From contig JALLOH010000003.1 of the NCBI GenBank assembly GCA_027717655.1, positions 6,160 to 70,159 on the forward strand: a stretch of DNA of 64,000 nt. The letters are read 5' to 3'. Source of the DNA: Acidobacteriia bacterium AH_259_A11_L15 (GTDB lineage: Bacteria; Acidobacteriota; Terriglobia; Acidiferrales; 2-02-FULL-67-57). How positions within the stretch are numbered: position 1 is the first letter of the stretch; each line of letters opens with the position of its first letter. Shown in pieces: positions 57,103 to 64,000 of the stretch. Under the pieces are notes generated by a model, which saw nothing but the letters and a program-made list of their open reading frames with translations, was not told the DNA's origin and made no database searches. The position numbers were made by a program, and so were the translations under genes.

Positions 57103-58803
57103 CTACTGAAATACTTCCGGACGCGCAGTGCCATCGGCGGCGGCTGGCGCGATCAGGTGGATCAGCGCCGCCAACGTCGGCGCAACATCGGCCATGTCAA
57201 CCGGTGTCCAATGTACCCCAGGCTTTACACCCGCTCCCCAAAAGGCGAGCGGCACGTGGGTGTCGTAGCGATAAGGCGATCCGTGTGTCGAACCCTCCGT
57301 CATCTCTCCATACTTTCCCCAGAAGTAGAAGGGCCGTGGTACTAGGAGCACGTCGCCAGCGCGGTCAGGGTGGAATGACAGTTGCATTGCCCGGGCGAAG
57401 GGGGTAGACAGTAGCGGCCCACTCAGGAGTTGCGCGCGGGTGAAGTAAGCGGCGATGCCGGAAACTCGGAGCGCGCCCAGGCCCGCCACCTCCTGCACCA
57501 GCGCGGGATCGAGGTGCTTCTCCGCAATGACCTTTTCATTCAGGTAGATGCTCGGGTCCTCAAGGGCTAAGACCCACTCCCCCCGGCCGAAGCATTCCGT
57601 GAGCGCTTCAGTTACGAACTTCCTGAGCTCGGCCTTCTTGATCCGGCTTGCGGGGTGCCCCAGTGAAGCCATGTATTCCGGGATAGGCGCGGCGCCGTGG
57701 TCTGCGGTGAAGACGACCACGAGGTTGTCCCTGCCCCCCACGTGCTTCTCCAAGAAGTCGAGCAGGTCTGCGATATTGCGGTCCACGCGCACCGTCGCGT
57801 CCTGAACCTCGTGGCTTTGGGGGCCATAGGCGTGACCGATGAGGTCGTTGGCGCTAAAGCTCACAGCGAGAAGGTCGGTTCCACCTCGAATTCCGAGGCC
57901 CTCGGCTTGAACCGCTGCCTTCACGAAATCCACTAAGAAGTCGTTAGCCATGGGAGTTTGAAGAAACGCAGCGTAAAACGCAGGTCCAGGCTTATTCAGA
58001 TTCCCGGTGAGCTTGTGAGGGAAGGTACGGCCCAGGCCGTTCGCGGTTGATTCGAAGGGCCTGTCGTCCTTGCCCTGGTATATACTCTCGGACAATGCCC
58101 GCTCCCAGACCCTGCCAAAGTAGCTATCCGGGATTTTCCGCCCGTTGAAAGCCTTGACCCATGTAGGCAAATCCTTCGCAGGCAATTCCTTCGTATAGTA
58201 AGAGGACGTCACCATCTTTCCGTTTGAATCGCTCATCCAGTAGGCAGTGCCGAGGCGTCCCCCAAGGGCAATTGCTGCGCGATTCTTGAGCGCGATCGCT
58301 ACTACCTTGGCGGTCTTTCCCGTCGCAACGCGCAACCGATCACCCACAGTCTCGCCGATGAAGTTCCTGGGCGAGCTGTCGACCTCCGGGTTGGGCGGGG
58401 ATTCGAGCACGGGGTGATCCGGATCAGCGAACATGGTCACGCTCTTGCCCGCTGCGCGGTCATAATACTTGTTGGAGACAATCCCATTCTTGTAGGCGTA
58501 GCTGCCTGAAGCGATGGTGGCATGGCCCGGCCCGGTGTAGGTAGTGCCATGCCCGTACAGCGCTTGCGTGAATACCGCCCCCTCGGCGAAGAGCCGCTCT
58601 ATTCCCCGCTCGTTCAGGTGAGGTCGCATTCTCTCTAAGGTCTCGTAGCTGAGCTGGTCGACGACCAAGATCACCACAAGCTTCGGGGTTCTGGCCGGGG
58701 CTGTTTGTGCGAACAACGCCGCGGTGGAGAATACGGTAGCGAGGGCCAGAAGAGAAAGCGCCAATACGCTTGCCAGCAGCCAGCGTGTTTTGCTCCGCTT
58801 CAT
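57103..58803 (-). CDS. Alkaline phosphatase family protein (PafA/NPP-like), exported
   Basis: VVDQL, TYTGPGHATI, DLIGHAYGP, TADHG and HGSPYRYDTHVP. Signal peptide from MKRSK (58803). Confidence 0.9.
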   Translation of the reverse strand: MKRSKTRWLLASVLALSLLALATVFSTAALFAQTAPARTPKLVVILVVDQLSYETLERMRPHLNERGIERLFAEGAVFTQALYGHGTTYTGPGHATIASGSYAYKNGIVSNKYYDRAAGKSVTMFADPDHPVLESPPNPEVDSSPRNFIGETVGDRLRVATGKTAKVVAIALKNRAAIALGGRLGTAYWMSDSNGKMVTSSYYTKELPAKDLPTWVKAFNGRKIPDSYFGRVWERALSESIYQGKDDRPFESTANGLGRTFPHKLTGNLNKPGPAFYAAFLQTPMANDFLVDFVKAAVQAEGLGIRGGTDLLAVSFSANDLIGHAYGPQSHEVQDATVRVDRNIADLLDFLEKHVGGRDNLVVVFTADHGAAPIPEYMASLGHPASRIKKAELRKFVTEALTECFGRGEWVLALEDPSIYLNEKVIAEKHLDPALVQEVAGLGALRVSGIAAYFTRAQLLSGPLLSTPFARAMQLSFHPDRAGDVLLVPRPFYFWGKYGEMTEGSTHGSPYRYDTHVPLAFWGAGVKPGVHWTPVDMADVAPTLAALIHLIAPAAADGTARPEVFQ

Positions 58804-58996
58804 TTCAATCTCTCTATTTAAGCTGGAATTTCCGATTTCAACCTTACCCTTGCACCAAACTGTACGGCAGTCGCCTTCTTGTGTCAAGCTCAGATCGCAA
58901 TGGCGGGTTTGGGGGCCATCGTGGTTCGTTTTGGCCGTTCCGATGACTCGTCGGGCCTGTTTTCTGCCGCCGACCACCCTCGCCGCCGATTAAAGA

Positions 58997-60136
58997 CTAT
59001 TGCTGGGTTCCTCGCCTGTACCTTTCCAATAGGTCACGGAGTTGGTCGAGCGGCAGGGCCTGGGCTTCGTGTCCCTGGTAGCCGCGGACGGTGGTGGCGC
59101 GGAGCAGGGAATTGTAGATGGCTTCCTCGGTGGCTTCGGCGACGGCCTGGAACAACGGCGAGAGCTGGTCGTCCCGAAGCAACGTGACCTCACCCGCCGG
59201 CTGCTCGCTCCGGTAGGGGATGCGCACGGATTCCGCGGTCGAGAAGGCGATGACGTAGTCGCCGCTGCCGTGCGAGAAGGACGCCCCGGTGCGCGCCATT
59301 CCCGCCAGGGCGCGCCGCGCCAGCCGCTCGAGTTGCCGGGCATCCAGAGGAGCGTCGGTGGCCACCACCATCATGCAGGAGCCGCTGCCGGGTTCGACGT
59401 ATTCTTGGAACGCGTAACGCCCCAGCTCCCGGCCCACGGGCACCCCGTCAATGGTTAGAATCCCGCCGTAGTTCGTCTGCACCAGCACTCCGACCGTATG
59501 ACCGCCCAGGCTCTCCGGCAGCCGCCGCGAGGAGGTGCCGATGCCTCCCTTAAAGCCGAAGGCCACCGTCCCCGTTCCGGCGCCCACCGAGCCTTCTTCT
59601 ACCGGGCCGGGCGTGGCGGCCCGCACTGCTTCCAGGAAGTCTTCGGGGCGCAGGGGCCGCCGGCGGATGTTGCTGAGGAAGCCGTCGTTCGTCTCTCCGA
59701 CCACCGGGTTGACCGAGCCCACGCTTTCGTTGCCCGGCTGGGCCAGGGTGTAGTCGACCAGCGCCGCCGCGGCCTCCCAGACGTTCATCGTGTTGGTCAG
59801 CAGGATGGGGGTCTCAAGTTGCCCCAGCTCGTTGACCTGCGTCGAGCCCACCAGTTTCCCGAAGCCATTGCCCACCACGATGGCGGCCGGGACTTTTTCT
59901 TGGAACACGTTGCCCCCGTGCGGCAGGATGGCCGTGGCTCCGGTGCGGAGGTCTTCTCCTTCCCTCAGCGTGAAGTGGCCCACGCGCACGCCCTCCACGT
60001 CGGTGATGGCGTTCAGGGGGCCGGGCGAAAAGATTCCCGGCTCGATTCCCAGCGCCCGCGCTCGCGGGCGCACCGGGTCTTGGGCCAGCAGCGGCAGGCT
60101 GGCGGCCAATAGGCTGACGAGAAGCAAGCGACGCAT
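58997..60136 (-). CDS. P1/DmpA-family aminopeptidase (peptidase S58)
   Basis: NAITDVEGVRVGH, GETNDG, GSVGAGTG, GGIGTSSR, GSCMMVVATDAPL and HGSGD. Confidence 0.9.
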   Translation of the reverse strand: MRRLLLVSLLAASLPLLAQDPVRPRARALGIEPGIFSPGPLNAITDVEGVRVGHFTLREGEDLRTGATAILPHGGNVFQEKVPAAIVVGNGFGKLVGSTQVNELGQLETPILLTNTMNVWEAAAALVDYTLAQPGNESVGSVNPVVGETNDGFLSNIRRRPLRPEDFLEAVRAATPGPVEEGSVGAGTGTVAFGFKGGIGTSSRRLPESLGGHTVGVLVQTNYGGILTIDGVPVGRELGRYAFQEYVEPGSGSCMMVVATDAPLDARQLERLARRALAGMARTGASFSHGSGDYVIAFSTAESVRIPYRSEQPAGEVTLLRDDQLSPLFQAVAEATEEAIYNSLLRATTVRGYQGHEAQALPLDQLRDLLERYRRGTQQ

Positions 60137-60263
60137 AGCTCCCTCCGTGCGGTCGAAGTCGGAACCGATTGTAGTGCGGGCGCGCGGCGCCGCCACGCTT
60201 TTTCCGCTGCCCGGTCGGTGCTAGAATGTCCTTCTTCGCAATCCACTCCCAAGGAGCCACCCA

Positions 60264-61616
60264 ATGCGACGCGCAGGCTTTCGCGGGGCCACCCTGTTGT
60301 TGATTCTGGTTGGGCTTTTGTTCGCCGTGGGCGCAGCGGTCGCCCAACGGGCCGACTCCGAGCCAGTCTTGGCGCTGGTGGGCGGGCGGTTGATTGACGG
60401 CTACGGCGGGCCACCGCTCGAGAACTCCGTCATCCTGGTGCGCGGGAATCGCATCGAGGCCGTGGGCCGCGAGGGCGAATTGGAAATCCCTGAAGGCGCC
60501 CGAGTCATCTCGACCGACGGCTACACGGTGCTGCCCGGGCTGATGGACATGCACGTGCATTTGATGATTCTGGGCCACGCCGACTACGACTACTGGTTCC
60601 GCGAGTACCGCGACCGCTGGCGCGACGTCATCATGCCCATCTCGGCCCGCGAGCTACTGCTCGCCGGCGTCACTACGGTCCGCGACATGGGCGCGCCGCT
60701 CGAGGACATCCTGGCCGTGCGCGACCGCATCGCCCGTGGGGAGATTCCCGGCCCGCGCGTTTTCGCCAGCGGGCCCTTCCTGCAAAAGAGAGTGCGGCCG
60801 CTCGAAGGCGCGTTCCGCTGGACGGTCAACGGCCCCGAGGATGCGCGCGCCAAGACCCAGCGCTTGATTGACGCCGGCGTGGACCTGATCAAGGTGATCG
60901 ACCAAGACCGGATGACCCTGGAGGAGTTGCAAGCCATCGTGGAGACCGCGCACGCCGCCGGCCTCCACGTCACCGCGCACGCCCACCGCGCCGAAGAGAT
61001 TCGTCAGGCCCTCCGCGCCGGGGTGGATTCGTTGGAGCACACTGGCTTGGCCACCCAGCCCGGCTACCCGGAGGACGTGCTGGCGATGCTGCGCGAGCGC
61101 AGCGCCTCGCTCTACTGGTGCCCGACCATCGAGGGGCTCTACCTCTATCCCTACACGGTAGATGAATTCCCCGAGCGGCTGGACGACCCGCGCCTGCAGC
61201 AGGACCTGCCGCCGGACATCTACGAGGACGTGCGCCGCTCGCTTGAGAACCCGGAGCGCATGCCCTACTTCCAACTGGTGCGCCGCCGGGTGCCGACCCT
61301 GGCCCACAAGTTCGACCAGATGCGCAGCACCGGGGTGACCCTGATCACCGGCACCGACTCCGGCATCCCCATGAACTTCCACTTCGACTCCACCTGGCGG
61401 GAACTGGATGCCTTCGTCCGCCTGGGAGTGGACCCGATGGCCGCTATCCAGGCGGCGACCTTCTGGCCGGCGAGGCTGCTGGGGCGCGACGACCTGGGCG
61501 CGGTGGCCCCGGGCAAGCTGGCCGACATCATCGTGGTGGATGGCGATCCGCTGCGCTCGATGGAGGCCCTGCGCCACGTGGTGCACGTGGTGAAGGACGG
61601 CGTGGTCTACAAGTAA
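60264..61616 (+). CDS. Exported amidohydrolase family protein
   Basis: PGLMDMHVH, GVTTVRD, TAHAH, EH, GTDSG and GKLADII. Confidence 0.9.
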   Translation: MRRAGFRGATLLLILVGLLFAVGAAVAQRADSEPVLALVGGRLIDGYGGPPLENSVILVRGNRIEAVGREGELEIPEGARVISTDGYTVLPGLMDMHVHLMILGHADYDYWFREYRDRWRDVIMPISARELLLAGVTTVRDMGAPLEDILAVRDRIARGEIPGPRVFASGPFLQKRVRPLEGAFRWTVNGPEDARAKTQRLIDAGVDLIKVIDQDRMTLEELQAIVETAHAAGLHVTAHAHRAEEIRQALRAGVDSLEHTGLATQPGYPEDVLAMLRERSASLYWCPTIEGLYLYPYTVDEFPERLDDPRLQQDLPPDIYEDVRRSLENPERMPYFQLVRRRVPTLAHKFDQMRSTGVTLITGTDSGIPMNFHFDSTWRELDAFVRLGVDPMAAIQAATFWPARLLGRDDLGAVAPGKLADIIVVDGDPLRSMEALRHVVHVVKDGVVYK

Positions 61617-61623
61617 GCGGGGG

Positions 61624-62322
61624 TTACGGGGTCAGGCGCCGGCGGATGAATTCGAGGACCTCAGGCTCCAGGGGCTCCTTGAGCTGGAAGCGAAAGACTT
61701 TGTCGCGGCCGAACAGGAGTGCCTGGTCTTCATAAGTATAGACGTCAAGCTCGTAGGCGGAATTGTGTTCGATGCGCTTGATGTCCATGTATTTCCAGAG
61801 CCGGCGGTCCTTCTCCCGGCCGGTCACATACTCGATGTAGTTGGGGGTGATCTTCAGCGTGCCTTCGCAACCGCCGAAGACGTGGCGGTGCTTGACCGCC
61901 ACCTCGTAGCGGCCGCCGGGCGGCGTGGCCGGAGGCTGCGGCTCCGGGTTCTCGCGCAGGCGGGTAACGATGAAGTTGAAGAGCTCGTCGGTGACGTTAC
62001 CGTCCTGGAAAGTAAAATCGAAGGGTTTGTCGCGCCCCAGTTGCAGTGTCTGGTCCTCGTAGGTGTAGAGGGTGAGTTTCCGTTCCCCTTTGCGCTCGAT
62101 GCGCTTGATCTGGCTGTAGGTCCAGATGCGCGCGTCCTGCCGGTAGTCGGTTTGGTAGCGCACCTGGGTTTCGGTCACGATCAATTCTCCCTGGCAGCTA
62201 CCCATCGCATGCTGGTGCTTGACCCTGTAGGTGAAGGTCTTGGCCGAGCCGGCCTGCGGGGCCAGCAGCCAAGCCAGAACCGCCGCGGCCAACCAGGCGC
62301 TTTTTCTCCCTTTGGTCCCCAT
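61624..62322 (-). CDS. Exported protein with a tandem duplicated domain
   Basis: KHQHAMGSCQGEL...YTYEDQ..GRDK repeated as KHRHVFGGCEGTL...YTYEDQ..GRDK. Confidence 0.8.
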   Translation of the reverse strand: MGTKGRKSAWLAAAVLAWLLAPQAGSAKTFTYRVKHQHAMGSCQGELIVTETQVRYQTDYRQDARIWTYSQIKRIERKGERKLTLYTYEDQTLQLGRDKPFDFTFQDGNVTDELFNFIVTRLRENPEPQPPATPPGGRYEVAVKHRHVFGGCEGTLKITPNYIEYVTGREKDRRLWKYMDIKRIEHNSAYELDVYTYEDQALLFGRDKVFRFQLKEPLEPEVLEFIRRRLTP

Positions 62323-62478
62323 CCGCTTTTTCTCCCGGTTTCTTCCTCCCTGTCAGCATTCTCCCATCCGTCCTGGGTGGCGTCAAGGGAGCCGGCTCCC
62401 CGGTTGACAACCGGGACAACCCCCGGTAGGCTCTAGGGGTTCGTCCGGAGCCTGAAATCGAACCCTGACGCGGAGTTT

Positions 62479-62952
62479 ATGAACCAAGAAGCGCGCCGCG
62501 TGAACGTCACCCTGGAGACCAAGATCGAGTGTATGGATCTTGGCGAAGAAGTCGCCCGGCGGGTGGCGATGACAGCCGGCTTCGACGAGGACGAGCAGCA
62601 CAAGATTTGCATGGCGGTGCGCGAGTGCCTGATCAACGCCCTGCAGCATGGCAATCGCCAGGACCCCCGCAAGCCCATCGGGCTCAGCTTCGTGCTCCAC
62701 CCCGACCGTTTGGTGGTGCAGATTCGAGACCAGGGCAAGGGATTTGACCTGGCAGCCATTTCCGATCCGCTGGCGGAGAAGCACTTGATGAAGTCGTCGG
62801 GCCGAGGACTGTTCCTGGTGCGCTGCTTCATGGATGAGTTGCAAGTGGAAAGCGGGCGCAACGGGGGCGCGGTGGTCACGATGACGAAACGCTATTCTTC
62901 CAACCACAACGGACAAGTGGGAGCTGAAGTGGAAAAGGAGAGACAGCAGTGA
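62479..62952 (+). CDS. rsbW: RsbW-like anti-sigma factor / Ser kinase
   Basis: AVRECLINALQHGN, IRDQGKGFD and GRGLFLV. Confidence 0.85.
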   Translation: MNQEARRVNVTLETKIECMDLGEEVARRVAMTAGFDEDEQHKICMAVRECLINALQHGNRQDPRKPIGLSFVLHPDRLVVQIRDQGKGFDLAAISDPLAEKHLMKSSGRGLFLVRCFMDELQVESGRNGGAVVTMTKRYSSNHNGQVGAEVEKERQQ

Positions 62953-63293
62953 GCGTGAAAATCAACAGGCGTGAGGTAGGCGAGGTCACGGTAGTGGACT
63001 TGAATGGGCGGCTGACCCTAGGGGATGCCAGCGCCCAACTGCGGGATACCCTGCGGGAGTTGCTGGAGAAGGGGCAGAAGAAGATCGTCCTGAACCTGGG
63101 TCAGGTGGCTTATATCGACAGTTCCGGACTCGGGGAGTTGGTTTCCGGGTTTACCACCGTGAAGAACCAGGGGGGACAGTTGAAACTGGCCAACCTCACC
63201 CAGAAGGTCAACGACTTGCTGACCATCACCAAGCTTTACACCGTCTTCGAAGTCCACAACGACGAGAAGGCGGCCGTCCAGAGCTTCAGCTAA
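62949..63293 (+). CDS. rsbV: STAS anti-sigma factor antagonist
   Basis: YIDSSGLGELV; overlaps the rsbW stop codon. Confidence 0.88.
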   Translation: MSVKINRREVGEVTVVDLNGRLTLGDASAQLRDTLRELLEKGQKKIVLNLGQVAYIDSSGLGELVSGFTTVKNQGGQLKLANLTQKVNDLLTITKLYTVFEVHNDEKAAVQSFS

Positions 63294-63371
63294 ACGCTTT
63301 CTCTTCCCCCGGGGGGCGAGAGATTTGCCGCCGGCGCCCGGGAGGAAGCCAAGGCGGCCAAGAAACCGGCT

Positions 63372-63758
63372 ATGCCCATCGCCACTCAGTTCTCCTTGAA
63401 GCTGGAAAACCGCCCGGGAGCGCTGGCGACGACTTGCTCGGAGCTGGCCGCCAAGGCGGTCAACATTCAGGCGATTGTGGCCGAGGCGTGGCAGCCGGGC
63501 AGGGTGCGGCTGGTGGTGAACAACACGGAGACAGCGCGAAAGGTTTTTGAGGCTAAGGGGATTGACTTCAGCGAAGAGAAGGTGCTGGTCGTGCGGCTCT
63601 CGGATCGTCCCGGTGCGCTGGGGCGCATCACCCGCAAGCTGGCCGAGAATCAAATCAACATCGACTACGCTTACGGCAGCATCGAGAAGGGCGCCCCGAA
63701 GGCGCTGGTGATCCTGGGCGTCTCCGAGCTGGAAAAGGCCGCCGCCCTGGTGAAGTAA
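63372..63758 (+). CDS. Tandem ACT-domain protein
   Basis: LENRPGALA ... LSDRPGALG ... INIDYAY. Confidence 0.85.
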   Translation: MPIATQFSLKLENRPGALATTCSELAAKAVNIQAIVAEAWQPGRVRLVVNNTETARKVFEAKGIDFSEEKVLVVRLSDRPGALGRITRKLAENQINIDYAYGSIEKGAPKALVILGVSELEKAAALVK

Positions 63759-63763
63759 CCCTC

Positions 63764-63890
63764 CTATAGTTCCTTCAGGTGACAGGCCAGAAGCTCCAGT
63801 GTCTTCTGCCAGGCGTCCTGCGCCGCGGCTTCCCGGTAGGAAGGGCGGGTGGTGTGGGCGAAGGCATGACCCGCGCCGACCAACGGTAGC
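63764..63890 (-). pseudogene. C-terminal fragment of a dienelactone hydrolase
   Basis: GAGHAF...YREAAAQDAWQKTLELL without the upstream catalytic domain in this frame. Confidence 0.5.
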
Positions 63891-64000
63891 AAGAAGACGA
63901 GCGCGCGGCAGCGTTTCATTGCGACTCCCCTTTCCGGCTCGTCCGGCACTCGGGACAAGGGCAGATTCGGCGGAGGTAATCGAAGCTGTAGATGCCGGTG

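Noticed and set aside
54921-63653. Long antisense or alternative-frame ORFs (e.g. 54921-55883, 55912-56829, 59814-60578, 60654-61586, 63018-63653)
   Set aside because: Shadow ORFs of well-supported genes in GC-rich DNA, with no recognisable motifs.
1-64000. CRISPR array or cas operon
   Set aside because: No regularly spaced repeats were seen. The Cas4-like nucleases (28951, 36862) and the CHAT-TPR have no cas neighbours, so this is not Craspase.

Overview
Positions 1 to ~55020 are the right-hand part of a large, visibly lower-GC genomic island. It is inserted into the Walker A codons of comM/yifB, next to a large serine-family recombinase (53339-55420). The rest of the window is GC-rich host chromosome with an Acidobacteriota-like gene set (comM 3' part, DsbA-like protein, DmpA peptidase, amidohydrolase, RsbW/STAS pair, ACT protein); the host assignment is an inference. 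The island is a mosaic. It carries (i) a GMC-oxidase/PhoD/zincin/permuted-papain operon with a LuxR regulator; (ii) archaeal-looking pieces (tyrosine integrase next to a tRNA 3' fragment and TATA box, RHH regulator with BRE/TATA, Orc1/Cdc6, antitoxin fragment); (iii) a CHAT-NTPase-TPR protease with a partner gene; (iv) a defence block (type II R-M-like pair, Mre11-less Rad50 + nuclease operon, HNH, PIN, XRE-IrrE, complete type III CBASS with NucC); (v) an HMG-CoA reductase lacking its catalytic His plus a mevalonate kinase; and (vi) a repressor-controlled operon with an SPL-like radical SAM, a ubiquitin-like protein ending in Ser, a ThiF/E1 and membrane proteins. The most striking observations are the recombinase with Thr at the catalytic Ser position, the non-canonical Ubl/E1 module, the archaeal DNA inside a bacterial island, and a DNA methyltransferase that appears to start at ACG in two diverged copies. 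All calls come from motif reading by eye; no database searches were run.
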